This document shows positions 39,930 through 47,357 of a DNA stretch of 64,000 nucleotides, in pieces (position 1 is the stretch's first letter; the number at the start of each line of letters is the position of its first letter). The stretch covers positions 347 through 64,346 of the IMG/VR virus record IMGVR_UViG_3300025617_000909; one strand, 5' to 3'. The stretch is from a virus. Lineage: Duplodnaviria > Caudoviricetes. A model generated the notes under the pieces. It made no database searches. It worked only from the letters and a program-made list of their open reading frames with translations, and had not been told where the DNA came from. The position numbers and the translations under genes were made by a program.

Positions 39930-40139
39930 TTACTGTAGAGTTATTACACCCTCCACAGTTTGTTTTTTAGCAGTAATAAAATCAAATATATAATCCATTG
40001 CTGCACTAATTTCTTCTAACGTCATCCAGTCTTGGTTATCTAAGATACCCTGAATAATATCTTGAATTTCTTCTTCACTTAGTTCTTGTCGTAACGGGTG
40101 TATGCCTTCTTTAAAAGGATCAATGTATTGTAGTGTCAT
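39930..40139 (-). CDS. Hypothetical protein
   Basis: Operon packing. Confidence 0.55.
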   Translation of the reverse strand: MTLQYIDPFKEGIHPLRQELSEEEIQDIIQGILDNQDWMTLEEISAAMDYIFDFITAKKQTVEGVITLQ

Positions 40140-40142
40140 GAT

Positions 40143-40496
40143 TTAAACCAGCTCTAAAAGTCCAACTATATAAATTATTGTAAGGCCTAAGTTCAAAACA
40201 AGCAAGCTCTTTTCTTTCCAAAGGAAGCCTACTGCTACCCAAATTCCATTAGCAACAGTAAACGCATAATGGTGTAGGTTACCAGGAAGGCCGAAAAACA
40301 TTTTTACTTCAGGAACAAAACTAGCCATCATAGCGGCAATAATGAGAATAACTGTTCCGGCCCATGCTAATCGTTGATACGGTTTTGTATCAGCATCGAC
40401 TGCTTCATCTTTTAGTTCGTATTCATACACACTATTGTAACCTTCTGCTGAACGCATACGATCGATGATGTCTAGTTCTTTCTCTGTAGTTGCCAT
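40143..40496 (-). CDS. Hypothetical membrane protein (3 TM)
   Basis: Hydrophobic C-terminal helices. Confidence 0.65.
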   Translation of the reverse strand: MATTEKELDIIDRMRSAEGYNSVYEYELKDEAVDADTKPYQRLAWAGTVILIIAAMMASFVPEVKMFFGLPGNLHHYAFTVANGIWVAVGFLWKEKSLLVLNLGLTIIYIVGLLELV

Positions 40497-41077
40497 TATA
40501 GGATGCCTGCCTCTGTTAGGATTTTAACAACTTCTTCGCTGAGAGGAATTTCAGTTTTAACATTTAATTCAAGAATTTCGTCAGCATACTTTTGCTTTTG
40601 CTTTTGAATTGAACGAACTTCATCTTTAAAACTTTTAATTTCTGCTCGACTTACAACACCAGTAGTAACTTCGTCCTCTGAGTATCGACCGAAGCCGTCA
40701 GACTTGGATTCTTGATTTTTAATTTTATTAAGTTTGCCCTCTAGAATCTTTAGATCTACAGTCTCTTTAGCTCGGGTTAGATCTCCAAGTTGCTGTAGGC
40801 GTTTTTCTGCTAGAGCTGATTGCGTTAGCAACAAGTCAATACCAGAGTTATGATTCGCGGCCGAAACTAGTCCGCGAATATTATACAGAGCAGTTAACAA
40901 GATTGCTCGTTTACGGTCATTATTCAAAAGCTCTACATTAGCATTTTTAATTTCGATTTCAGGATCCTGAAATTCGTTAATGCTGATAGTGGTCTTCATC
41001 TCAACTTCTTTGATTGCTTCGATGATAGAATTTTGAATTGCGTTTGCTTTGCGTAAATTAATATTCATTTTCTTCAT
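40496..41077 (-). CDS. Hypothetical coiled-coil protein
   Basis: 193 aa helical ORF overlapping rpoZ. Confidence 0.7.
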   Translation of the reverse strand: MKKMNINLRKANAIQNSIIEAIKEVEMKTTISINEFQDPEIEIKNANVELLNNDRKRAILLTALYNIRGLVSAANHNSGIDLLLTQSALAEKRLQQLGDLTRAKETVDLKILEGKLNKIKNQESKSDGFGRYSEDEVTTGVVSRAEIKSFKDEVRSIQKQKQKYADEILELNVKTEIPLSEEVVKILTEAGIL

Positions 41078-41312
41078 TGCCTTCTAAAAAATCTTTAGTA
41101 ATACCGTTGATATCATTGTAATAATCTTCTTCGGTGTACTTGCCTTCTTCAATTTCTCTAATTGCTATCACACCTGGTTTATTATCTTTTGGATCAACTC
41201 GAGGTGTCGCACCATGTGATAATTGTCTAGCTCTGTACGATGCTACTTTGATGAGCAAGAATTGATTGCCCCCTAATGCTTCTATTGCTTTTTGAGATGT
41301 AATTCTTGCCAT
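41058..41312 (-). CDS. rpoZ: RNA polymerase omega subunit
   Basis: MARITSQKA...NQFLLIKVASYRARQL...KPGVIAIREIEEG. Confidence 0.85.
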   Translation of the reverse strand: MARITSQKAIEALGGNQFLLIKVASYRARQLSHGATPRVDPKDNKPGVIAIREIEEGKYTEEDYYNDINGITKDFLEGNEENEY

Positions 41313-41418
41313 AATAATCCTTCCTGTTAACGGTTCCACAAAAGGTCAAGTAATAAGCCAAACAAATGACACTATACAAACTTCAAATCACAACGGACAA
41401 AAAGTTTGCTTTTACCCG

Positions 41419-41555
41419 ACCAGCAAAGAACAAAGTTTCTAAAGCCGGATCACGCAACCATTTCATGAGCTTTTCAAGAGCTTATGTACTGGAGTTATTC
41501 GACATAAAGTCTGAACAACGATTGCCTATCCTCGTCTACCTTCTGCTTCGCCGGT
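41419..41555 (-). ncRNA. Candidate rod-shaped structured RNA upstream of rpoZ
   Basis: Closing stem ACCGGCGAAG/CUUUGCUGGU; inner stems GGAU/AUCC and GCAAUCGUU/AAUGGUUGC. Confidence 0.45.
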
Positions 41556-41588
41556 TAAGTTAAACACAATGTCTAACTCAACAAACTA

Positions 41589-41616
41589 ATAATAACATCT
41601 TACAGCGTTTTGTCAA
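41589..41616 (-). promoter_or_regulatory. sigma70-type promoter
   Basis: TTGACA-N16-TATTAT with extended TG. Confidence 0.6.
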
Positions 41617-41974
41617 CACCTTCTTTATCCAAAATAGAAACTTTTTCTACTCTGTCGTAACGGAAACTGCGGAAACCTTTGCTTTCTAATGCCCAGACTG
41701 CTACCACCTTATCAGAGAGTTCGCGAACTTTCTTTTGGGTGATTGGTTCATCCTTTTTAGCAGGTGGTAGATACTCTGGAACAAGTGTACAAGGCATTAC
41801 ACGCTTCTCACCGTTTAGTTTGGTAAAGGTTACTTCAACTACGTTTTCCTTGAGCATTGTCATTAGGTTTTCCTTTGTTGGAATCCCCTTCATCTCTGCG
41901 ATTTTTGTTTCCAAAGATTCTGTCCCATCCGTCTTCGTATGCTTTTGTGTCTGATTGTTTTCTTGATTTGTCAC
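41600..41974 (-). CDS. SH3-like beta-barrel (WYL_2/DUF2693-like) protein
   Basis: VTFTKLNGEKRVMPCTL...VWALESKGFRSFR; GGAGG SD, GTG start. Confidence 0.7.
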   Translation of the reverse strand: MTNQENNQTQKHTKTDGTESLETKIAEMKGIPTKENLMTMLKENVVEVTFTKLNGEKRVMPCTLVPEYLPPAKKDEPITQKKVRELSDKVVAVWALESKGFRSFRYDRVEKVSILDKEGVDKTL

Positions 41975-42010
41975 CTTTACCTCCGTGCCATTGGTTGCTC
42001 ATAAAATTCC

Positions 42011-43126
42011 TTATAAAACTTTAAAAGTTTTTATTACATTTTCCATTTCGTCGTCAGTGATATCATAAAACGGCAAATGCCAAAGATAGTCCCAACTGTG
42101 AAACATATTGTTATATTGTAAATGATTTCTTATGGTTTTGTCAAGATCTTTTGAGTATAAAAGTGTACCAATTGCAGTAGCTCTATGTCCTTTTTGAGAA
42201 AGTATAGTTCTAAGCTGGCGCACATATGGTATGATCTTTTCGTTGATTCTATTTAATGACTGTTGTTCTTTGATTAGATCAATAGTGGCACATGCCGCTA
42301 CTGCTCCTAGTGTATTTGTACTTCTAGAATTTCCCAAAGGTAACCATTCATCTTTTATCACATTGTTTACTTTGCTGTCTATCAGCGTAACAGAAAGATT
42401 CTCATGACCGGATGTTAGTGCTTTGCCTAGCGTTATCATATTAGGCTTTAGTCCAAGACTATGACTGTGTAGCCAATGGCCCATTCTTCCTAGTCCTGTT
42501 AATATCTCATCAACAATTAACAGCAATTGGTATTTGTCTACTGTGTGTTGTAATGCTTGCCAATATTCATTAGTGTCGTTGTGTAATCCATTGACCCACG
42601 GAACTGTGTCTACAAGAACAGCCGCAATGTTATCACACCCTAGTTGATGGATTGTTGTTTCGAGATCATCGAAAAATTCTACAAACTCTATTTGCGGAAA
42701 AATAGATTTATCAAAATGATGATTCATTTGCCAGCCGGTAATGCTTCCGCTATGAAAACTTTTCTTACGGACAAGAATATATTTTTTATCCTTTCCGTGA
42801 TACATCCATGCTAGTTTAATTGCGTTGTCAACACTATCGCTACCACTCAACGCTCCTATATAACTGGAATATTTGTTGTCTGTAATTTCGTCAAGTTTGT
42901 TTCCAAGCTCATCCCAAACATTGTTGTTTAGTCGCCAGAACCCTGTATTTGATGTTAGAGCCGCTTGAGATATTTTTTGTGTGATAATAGGATTAGCATA
43001 ACCAAAGATATTTGTGCCAGCACTAGCATGAAGATCAAACATTCCATCAATGTAATGACCTTTACATTCTGTGAAGGTGTAGGAGTTGTCTGATTTATTT
43101 GTATCGAAGGAGTTTAGACGCTTCAT
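42011..43126 (-). CDS. Class III PLP-dependent aminotransferase
   Basis: SGSDSVDNAIK, SFHSG, LLIVDEILTGLGRMG, LGKALTSG. Confidence 0.88.
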   Translation of the reverse strand: MKRLNSFDTNKSDNSYTFTECKGHYIDGMFDLHASAGTNIFGYANPIITQKISQAALTSNTGFWRLNNNVWDELGNKLDEITDNKYSSYIGALSGSDSVDNAIKLAWMYHGKDKKYILVRKKSFHSGSITGWQMNHHFDKSIFPQIEFVEFFDDLETTIHQLGCDNIAAVLVDTVPWVNGLHNDTNEYWQALQHTVDKYQLLLIVDEILTGLGRMGHWLHSHSLGLKPNMITLGKALTSGHENLSVTLIDSKVNNVIKDEWLPLGNSRSTNTLGAVAACATIDLIKEQQSLNRINEKIIPYVRQLRTILSQKGHRATAIGTLLYSKDLDKTIRNHLQYNNMFHSWDYLWHLPFYDITDDEMENVIKTFKVL

Positions 43127-44130
43127 ACAACACTTCGTATCTTTCCTTCACGCTTGGTATCAAGTGTGAAACAGTGTGCTCCGCTTTCCCATAATAGTCC
43201 GTGTCTAGTAGTTGTTGATAACACTTCAATGTTATTTTGTTCAAGTACTCTTTGTACTCCAGAATGTGGATTTGTTAATAATACCTTTCTCGGTGCTAGT
43301 ACTAGCACGTTAGTATCAAAACATTCATCAATGCTATGGCTTCTCCATCCGCCGAACCATTTGGATAACATTCCGTCTGTGTAAATTCCGCCAGTGTCGC
43401 TGATGTCTTTACTCCATTGTTTGAAATCAATTAATTTCATGTGTTCATAAAGTTCTATAATTTTTTTATTTTGTAGTTGTTGAGGAACAAAATCTTTTTG
43501 GTATGCTACTACAGTATCATCATCAACCATAAACCACAACATATCAATATGTCCAAACCCGTCGACTGGTAGTAACTTTGTACCTATAGGAATGTTTCTT
43601 TTCATCCAATCGTAACCAAGTTTTGATCCAGGACCTCTGCTGTTGTACAAAAGTGAATTTCCGACCTTTGTCATACTAGCCATATGGGTTAGTATTTTAT
43701 CTTTGTATATGTCTGCATAAATAGTTTCGCCTTTGCCGTACCATGTTTCATTCTGATCTAATCTGTTAAGTTTAGCAGAAGGTTGCTCATACCAGTTGTA
43801 ACCTTGTTCGAACATACTACGGAAAATATCATAGTAAGCAAGATGCTCTGTTTCTCTTCCGGGAACACTCATCTTACCTGTGTAAATGTTGTCCATGTAT
43901 ACAAGAAGATTGTCTCTTGGACGTATAGGTTGAGCCTTATATCCATCAACTTGAGATGCGTCAGGACGTAAAACTTTAATACCTTGTTGTTTGAGAATGT
44001 CTGCTAGTTTGTCTAAGTCTTCTTTTGTTTCCTCAAAGACTTGTTGTAGCATAGAACTATTCTTTTCGACGGCTGGATCACAATCGCCTACAATTATTTC
44101 TTCTAATGGATCCCACTCAGTACATATCAT
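43123..44130 (-). CDS. Amidinotransferase (glycine/inosamine amidinotransferase family)
   Basis: EWDPLEEIIVG, RPRD, GHID, GAHCFTLD. Confidence 0.85.
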   Translation of the reverse strand: MICTEWDPLEEIIVGDCDPAVEKNSSMLQQVFEETKEDLDKLADILKQQGIKVLRPDASQVDGYKAQPIRPRDNLLVYMDNIYTGKMSVPGRETEHLAYYDIFRSMFEQGYNWYEQPSAKLNRLDQNETWYGKGETIYADIYKDKILTHMASMTKVGNSLLYNSRGPGSKLGYDWMKRNIPIGTKLLPVDGFGHIDMLWFMVDDDTVVAYQKDFVPQQLQNKKIIELYEHMKLIDFKQWSKDISDTGGIYTDGMLSKWFGGWRSHSIDECFDTNVLVLAPRKVLLTNPHSGVQRVLEQNNIEVLSTTTRHGLLWESGAHCFTLDTKREGKIRSVV

Positions 44131-44150
44131 ACTGTTATTTATTTGTAAAA

Positions 44151-44223
44151 TGGAGCGGCATCCCGGATTCGAACCGAGTTCATTTGCTTGGAAGGCAAAG
44201 TCCTCTCCCAGGAGAAATGCCGC
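44151..44223 (-). tRNA. tRNA-Gly(UCC), short D arm
   Basis: Anticodon loop CUUCCAA, U73, CCA. Confidence 0.85.
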
Positions 44224-44336
44224 TTAAAAAAATGTACTAACACAAAGAGTAGGTAAATTCCAATGTGTCGACCAAGCAAACACAGCTATGCTTGTGCTTC
44301 CTTCTTATCGCCGTCCCTTTCAGGCTAGTACTAACT

Positions 44337-44428
44337 TGGCGGTGAGACTGGGATTCGAACCCAGGGTACCCATTTCTAGGTACGACAAGTTAGCAACCTG
44401 CTGCCTTAAGCCACTCGGCCACCTCACC
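44337..44428 (-). tRNA. tRNA-Ser(GCU)
   Basis: Anticodon loop UUGCUAA, long variable arm, G73-CCA. Confidence 0.93.
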
Positions 44429-44437
44429 AAAAAATAG

Positions 44438-44929
44438 TTACTTGTTAAATTTTAATGTGTATTCTTTGTTGTTGTTCCAAAATGTTACAGTACTATGACT
44501 GTATACTTCTTTGGTTTTTTCTTTATAACGTGTTTCTTTTGAACACACTGTTTCTGTAGTGTAACCTTGTGGACCTTTGTCTTTGTTTCCACCGATGATA
44601 GCACCGGTCAAAGCACCAACACCTGTTGTCGCTTCTTTGCCACTGCCTTTACCAAATTGGTTGCCAATAACACCGCCGATGATACCGCCGATGATAGCTC
44701 CCTCTTGATCAAACTCTTTCTTTTGTCCGTAAGGTACTTTTACGTCTTTACATACTTCTACAATATATGGTTCCTGCTTGATCACAATTTTGTAATGATC
44801 TTCTACAACTCCCATAACATTGTTGTTAACTTGAACTTTATCAGCATGTGCTACACCTGAGAACGCAACTAGAAAACTTGCGCCGCAAGCGATTGTTAGT
44901 GTATGAAAATATAGTTCTTTAAAGGTCAT
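44438..44929 (-). CDS. Glycine-zipper 2TM domain secreted protein
   Basis: Signal peptide; GAIIGGIIGGVIGNQFGKGSGKEATTGVGALTGAIIG. Confidence 0.8.
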   Translation of the reverse strand: MTFKELYFHTLTIACGASFLVAFSGVAHADKVQVNNNVMGVVEDHYKIVIKQEPYIVEVCKDVKVPYGQKKEFDQEGAIIGGIIGGVIGNQFGKGSGKEATTGVGALTGAIIGGNKDKGPQGYTTETVCSKETRYKEKTKEVYSHSTVTFWNNNKEYTLKFNK

Positions 44930-44958
44930 TGCCTTTTTTCCTTTTCTGTTTCTGTTTC

Positions 44959-45034
44959 TGGTGCCGGCACCAAGAATCGAACTCGGGACCTTTGCATTAC
45001 AAGTGCACTGCTCTACCTGCTGAGCTATGCCGGC
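44959..45034 (-). tRNA. tRNA-Thr(UGU)
   Basis: Anticodon loop CUUGUAA, CCA. Confidence 0.93.
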
Positions 45035-45059
45035 ATAATTTTATTTACATTGTCTGTTT

Positions 45060-45088
45060 ATATTACAACATAAAACAGAGTATGTCAA
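45060..45088 (-). promoter_or_regulatory. Internal sigma70 promoter upstream of tRNA-Thr
   Basis: TTGACA-N17-TAATAT. Confidence 0.6.
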
Positions 45089-45097
45089 CCTAAAAAA

Positions 45098-45173
45098 TGG
45101 TGCGCCCGGTAGGATTCGAACCTACGATCTGCCCATTATGAGTGGGTAGCTTTAACCTCTAAGCTACAGGCGC
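45098..45173 (-). tRNA. tRNA with CAU anticodon, probably Ile2 (lysidine-modified, reads AUA)
   Basis: Loop CUCAUAA; paired 1-72 and no GGG/CCC anticodon stem, so not an initiator. Ile2 versus elongator Met is an inference. Confidence 0.8.
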
Positions 45174-45179
45174 TATGTT

Positions 45180-45256
45180 TGGAGTGGATGATGGGAGTCG
45201 AACCCACATGAAACGGATTTGCAATCCGCGGCCTAACCATTCGGCGACACATCCAC
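45180..45256 (-). tRNA. tRNA-Cys(GCA)
   Basis: Loop UUGCAAA, U73, CCA. Confidence 0.9.
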
Positions 45257-45261
45257 ATAAC

Positions 45262-45339
45262 TGGTCGGGGATGTAGGATTCGAACCTACGGCTTTTCCGC
45301 CCCAAACGGAACACTCTGACCAGACTGAGCTAATCCCCG
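45262..45339 (-). tRNA. tRNA-Pro(UGG)
   Basis: Loop UUUGGGG, C1-G72, A73, CCA. Confidence 0.93.
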
Positions 45340-45343
45340 TAAT

Positions 45344-45419
45344 TGGCACCGGTGGAAGGAATCGAACCTCCGCTGTCGTGGTTTTGGAGACCACCGCTCT
45401 ACCCCTGAGCTACACCGGC
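45344..45419 (-). tRNA. tRNA-Trp(CCA)
   Basis: Loop CUCCAAA, G73, CCA. Confidence 0.92.
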
Positions 45420-45429
45420 AAAACTAAAT

Positions 45430-45441
45430 TGTCAAAGAGCA
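45430..45441 (-). promoter_or_regulatory. boxA Nus-factor antitermination element
   Basis: TGCTCTTTGACA versus rrn boxA TGCTCTTTAACA; 10 nt before tRNA-Trp. Confidence 0.7.
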
Positions 45442-45473
45442 ATAAAAAACCCCGGAGTGTTTAGTTCCGGGGT
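45441..45473 (-). terminator. Intrinsic terminator of the tRNA-operon attenuator
   Basis: ACCCCGGA-ACUAAACAC-UCCGGGGU followed by UUUUUAUU. Confidence 0.88.
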
Positions 45474-45515
45474 CTTTCGTAAAATTTGTAAATAATTACA
45501 ACATCACGTAGACCC
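45470..45515 (-). promoter_or_regulatory. Antiterminator hairpin
   Basis: GGGUCU/AGACCC, CGUGA/UUACG, UUGUAA/UUACAA; shares ACCC with the terminator 5' arm. Confidence 0.75.
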
Positions 45516-45584
45516 GCAGAAACATCCACACCATCTTGGTGTACTTGGTATTACTATAAATGTGTTTGCGTTTCTATTCATCAT
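45504..45584 (-). CDS. Leaderless attenuator leader peptide MMNRNANTFIVIPSTPRWCGCFCGST (26 aa)
   Basis: ATG 6 nt after the -10 box; codons match the downstream tRNA anticodons; stop codon lies inside the antiterminator 5' arm. Confidence 0.75.
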   Translation of the reverse strand: MMNRNANTFIVIPSTPRWCGCFCGST

Positions 45585-45590
45585 GTTGTT

Positions 45591-45619
45591 AGTATATGTT
45601 CGTTGTTATCTATTGTCAA
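45591..45619 (-). promoter_or_regulatory. Strong sigma70 promoter of the tRNA operon
   Basis: TTGACA-N17-TATACT. Confidence 0.85.
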
Positions 45620-46065
45620 CCGTTATTTTCTTCCAAACTGTCAAAAACTTCTTGACGTCTTGAAGGTCTAACCATATTTAAGGAAGCACGGGTAACTTCT
45701 GTTATCTTATTGGCGTCTCTAGTATCAACGGCTGTACCTCCGTGTGAGATATTAAATGTCCAGCCTTTATCAGCTAGAATTGCTTGTAATTCAATTGCGG
45801 CCCAATTTGTTGTATATGCTTCATTCATGTACTTCATATCTTCAGCTGTTTCATGATAGAACACGTATCTGTGAGTCTTACTAATGTTATCAAAAGCAGT
45901 ATAAGACTTGGCTGAAGCATGACCATCAAGTATCATGTCCATCCTTAAATAGTCAAGTTCTTTGATAACATCGTCTGGTACAACGGTTGCAAAGAATTGT
46001 TCATATCCAGAAGTATCATGGATGTCTGTATCTGGATTACGAATTGTAATTATTGTAGTAAACAT
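45616..46065 (-). CDS. Hypothetical protein
   Basis: ATAAATA and GAGG SD upstream. Confidence 0.65.
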   Translation of the reverse strand: MFTTIITIRNPDTDIHDTSGYEQFFATVVPDDVIKELDYLRMDMILDGHASAKSYTAFDNISKTHRYVFYHETAEDMKYMNEAYTTNWAAIELQAILADKGWTFNISHGGTAVDTRDANKITEVTRASLNMVRPSRRQEVFDSLEENNG

Positions 46066-46080
46066 AGTATTCCTCTCAAA

Positions 46081-46650
46081 TTATTTATCTAAGATATATT
46101 CGAACTCTTTCATAGGCTTCATTATTGAATCAAAAACATCTACGTTTAGTTTCCAAAAATGTTGTTCATGGCCTCTGTATGTAGCAATAGTTTCTAATTG
46201 TATTGTATTGTTACTTACTAGCGCAGGCGCCCATACATTATGAACAGCTCTTTGAGTTCCGACTTCACTAGGGTGTGTACTTATATAGAAATTTTTATCT
46301 CGTCCATAATGATCAATCGTTACCGGTATAAAAATCTGTCCTGTGATATGGTGCTGATCAGCAATTTCTTTTCTTGTCCTAATGCTAGTTAATGGCATGA
46401 GATCTGTAAAAGCGCAAATTCTAGTACATATTCTGTATCCAGGTAAAAAGTCTAATTTGTGTGCGGCAAAACTAGCCACTGGAAGATTGTTATAGTAAAC
46501 AATCCATACCATCATTTCTTCTTCATTACTAAGACTTTGAACTAACATTTTTTCAGTAGCATTGTTTACAAATCCTCTCTTTTTAGATTCTTCATAAAAG
46601 AAAGTTAAATCTAATTCAGGTGTCCAAGGTTTAACTATAAATTTTGCCAT
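46081..46650 (-). CDS. Hypothetical protein, possible GNAT-like fold
   Basis: WIVYYNNLPVASFAAH...YRICTRIC beta pattern. Confidence 0.45.
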   Translation of the reverse strand: MAKFIVKPWTPELDLTFFYEESKKRGFVNNATEKMLVQSLSNEEEMMVWIVYYNNLPVASFAAHKLDFLPGYRICTRICAFTDLMPLTSIRTRKEIADQHHITGQIFIPVTIDHYGRDKNFYISTHPSEVGTQRAVHNVWAPALVSNNTIQLETIATYRGHEQHFWKLNVDVFDSIMKPMKEFEYILDK

Positions 46651-47344
46651 TTAAATCTTCTTTAAATTTTCCTTCGATTTTTATAGTAAGCGAAGTATGT
46701 GTACTAGGATGTAGATTACCGTGCCAATCATAATGATTAAAGTAAACAGCATGGCCGTCAACAGGGTATGTTGCTAGTATGTTGCCGCTATCGGATATAT
46801 CGTAAACGTAAAAAGGCCTAGTTTTTCTAAACCTAAACCATATTAGATTTTTATCCTCGGCTGGTGGCTCTGGGTGATCACCTTGCTCAATTGGCCAATA
46901 GTTATAATCTCTATGATAACCTTGAGGCATATATTTTTCATTGTAAAATAAACTCACAGTATCTGTATACTCAAATGGAAGACTGTCAAACACGTCTTTT
47001 ATGTGTTGCGGAACAAAATCTTTGTATCCATTTGTGTCTTTGAGATGTAAAATTCTATAAGGATCGAAACTATCATACTTTAATTTCAAGTATGTTGCTA
47101 ATTTTGACGGGTCGTCTTGTGGATAATCATATTCCATTCTGTGCTTATGATAATACAATGTTCTATGATCTCTAAGATATTGCCAATTTGTATCCATTGG
47201 TATACTACCACTAGTCCATGTTGAGTTGGACAAGTGTTGATTATCAGCATATAGTTTATACAATTCGCTTTCTGCGTCTAGCAGTGTTGAAATGTCTAAA
47301 TAACTATCTAAGTTAATGAATGGATTATTGTTTATTCCCAGCAT
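46631..47344 (-). CDS. 2OG-Fe(II)/cupin-type oxygenase-like protein
   Basis: YHRD...DWHG...IKIEG; paralog of 55060-55866. Confidence 0.6.
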   Translation of the reverse strand: MLGINNNPFINLDSYLDISTLLDAESELYKLYADNQHLSNSTWTSGSIPMDTNWQYLRDHRTLYYHKHRMEYDYPQDDPSKLATYLKLKYDSFDPYRILHLKDTNGYKDFVPQHIKDVFDSLPFEYTDTVSLFYNEKYMPQGYHRDYNYWPIEQGDHPEPPAEDKNLIWFRFRKTRPFYVYDISDSGNILATYPVDGHAVYFNHYDWHGNLHPSTHTSLTIKIEGKFKEDLNGKIYS

Positions 47345-47357
47345 CAAGGATATTTAT

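Noticed and set aside
41366-41563. 65-aa plus-strand ORF
   Set aside because: No SD or promoter, antisense to a promoter-driven structured leader; probably spurious
44280-44310. SRP (4.5S) RNA suggested by GAAGGAAGCA
   Set aside because: The complementary CAGGUCC half of helix 8 is missing
45504-45584. Cys/Trp-rich peptide (RWCGCFC) as a RiPP precursor for the nearby radical-SAM enzymes
   Set aside because: Its codon match to the tRNA set and its overlap with the antiterminator explain it better as an attenuator leader, and it has no recognisable RiPP leader. Not formally excluded.
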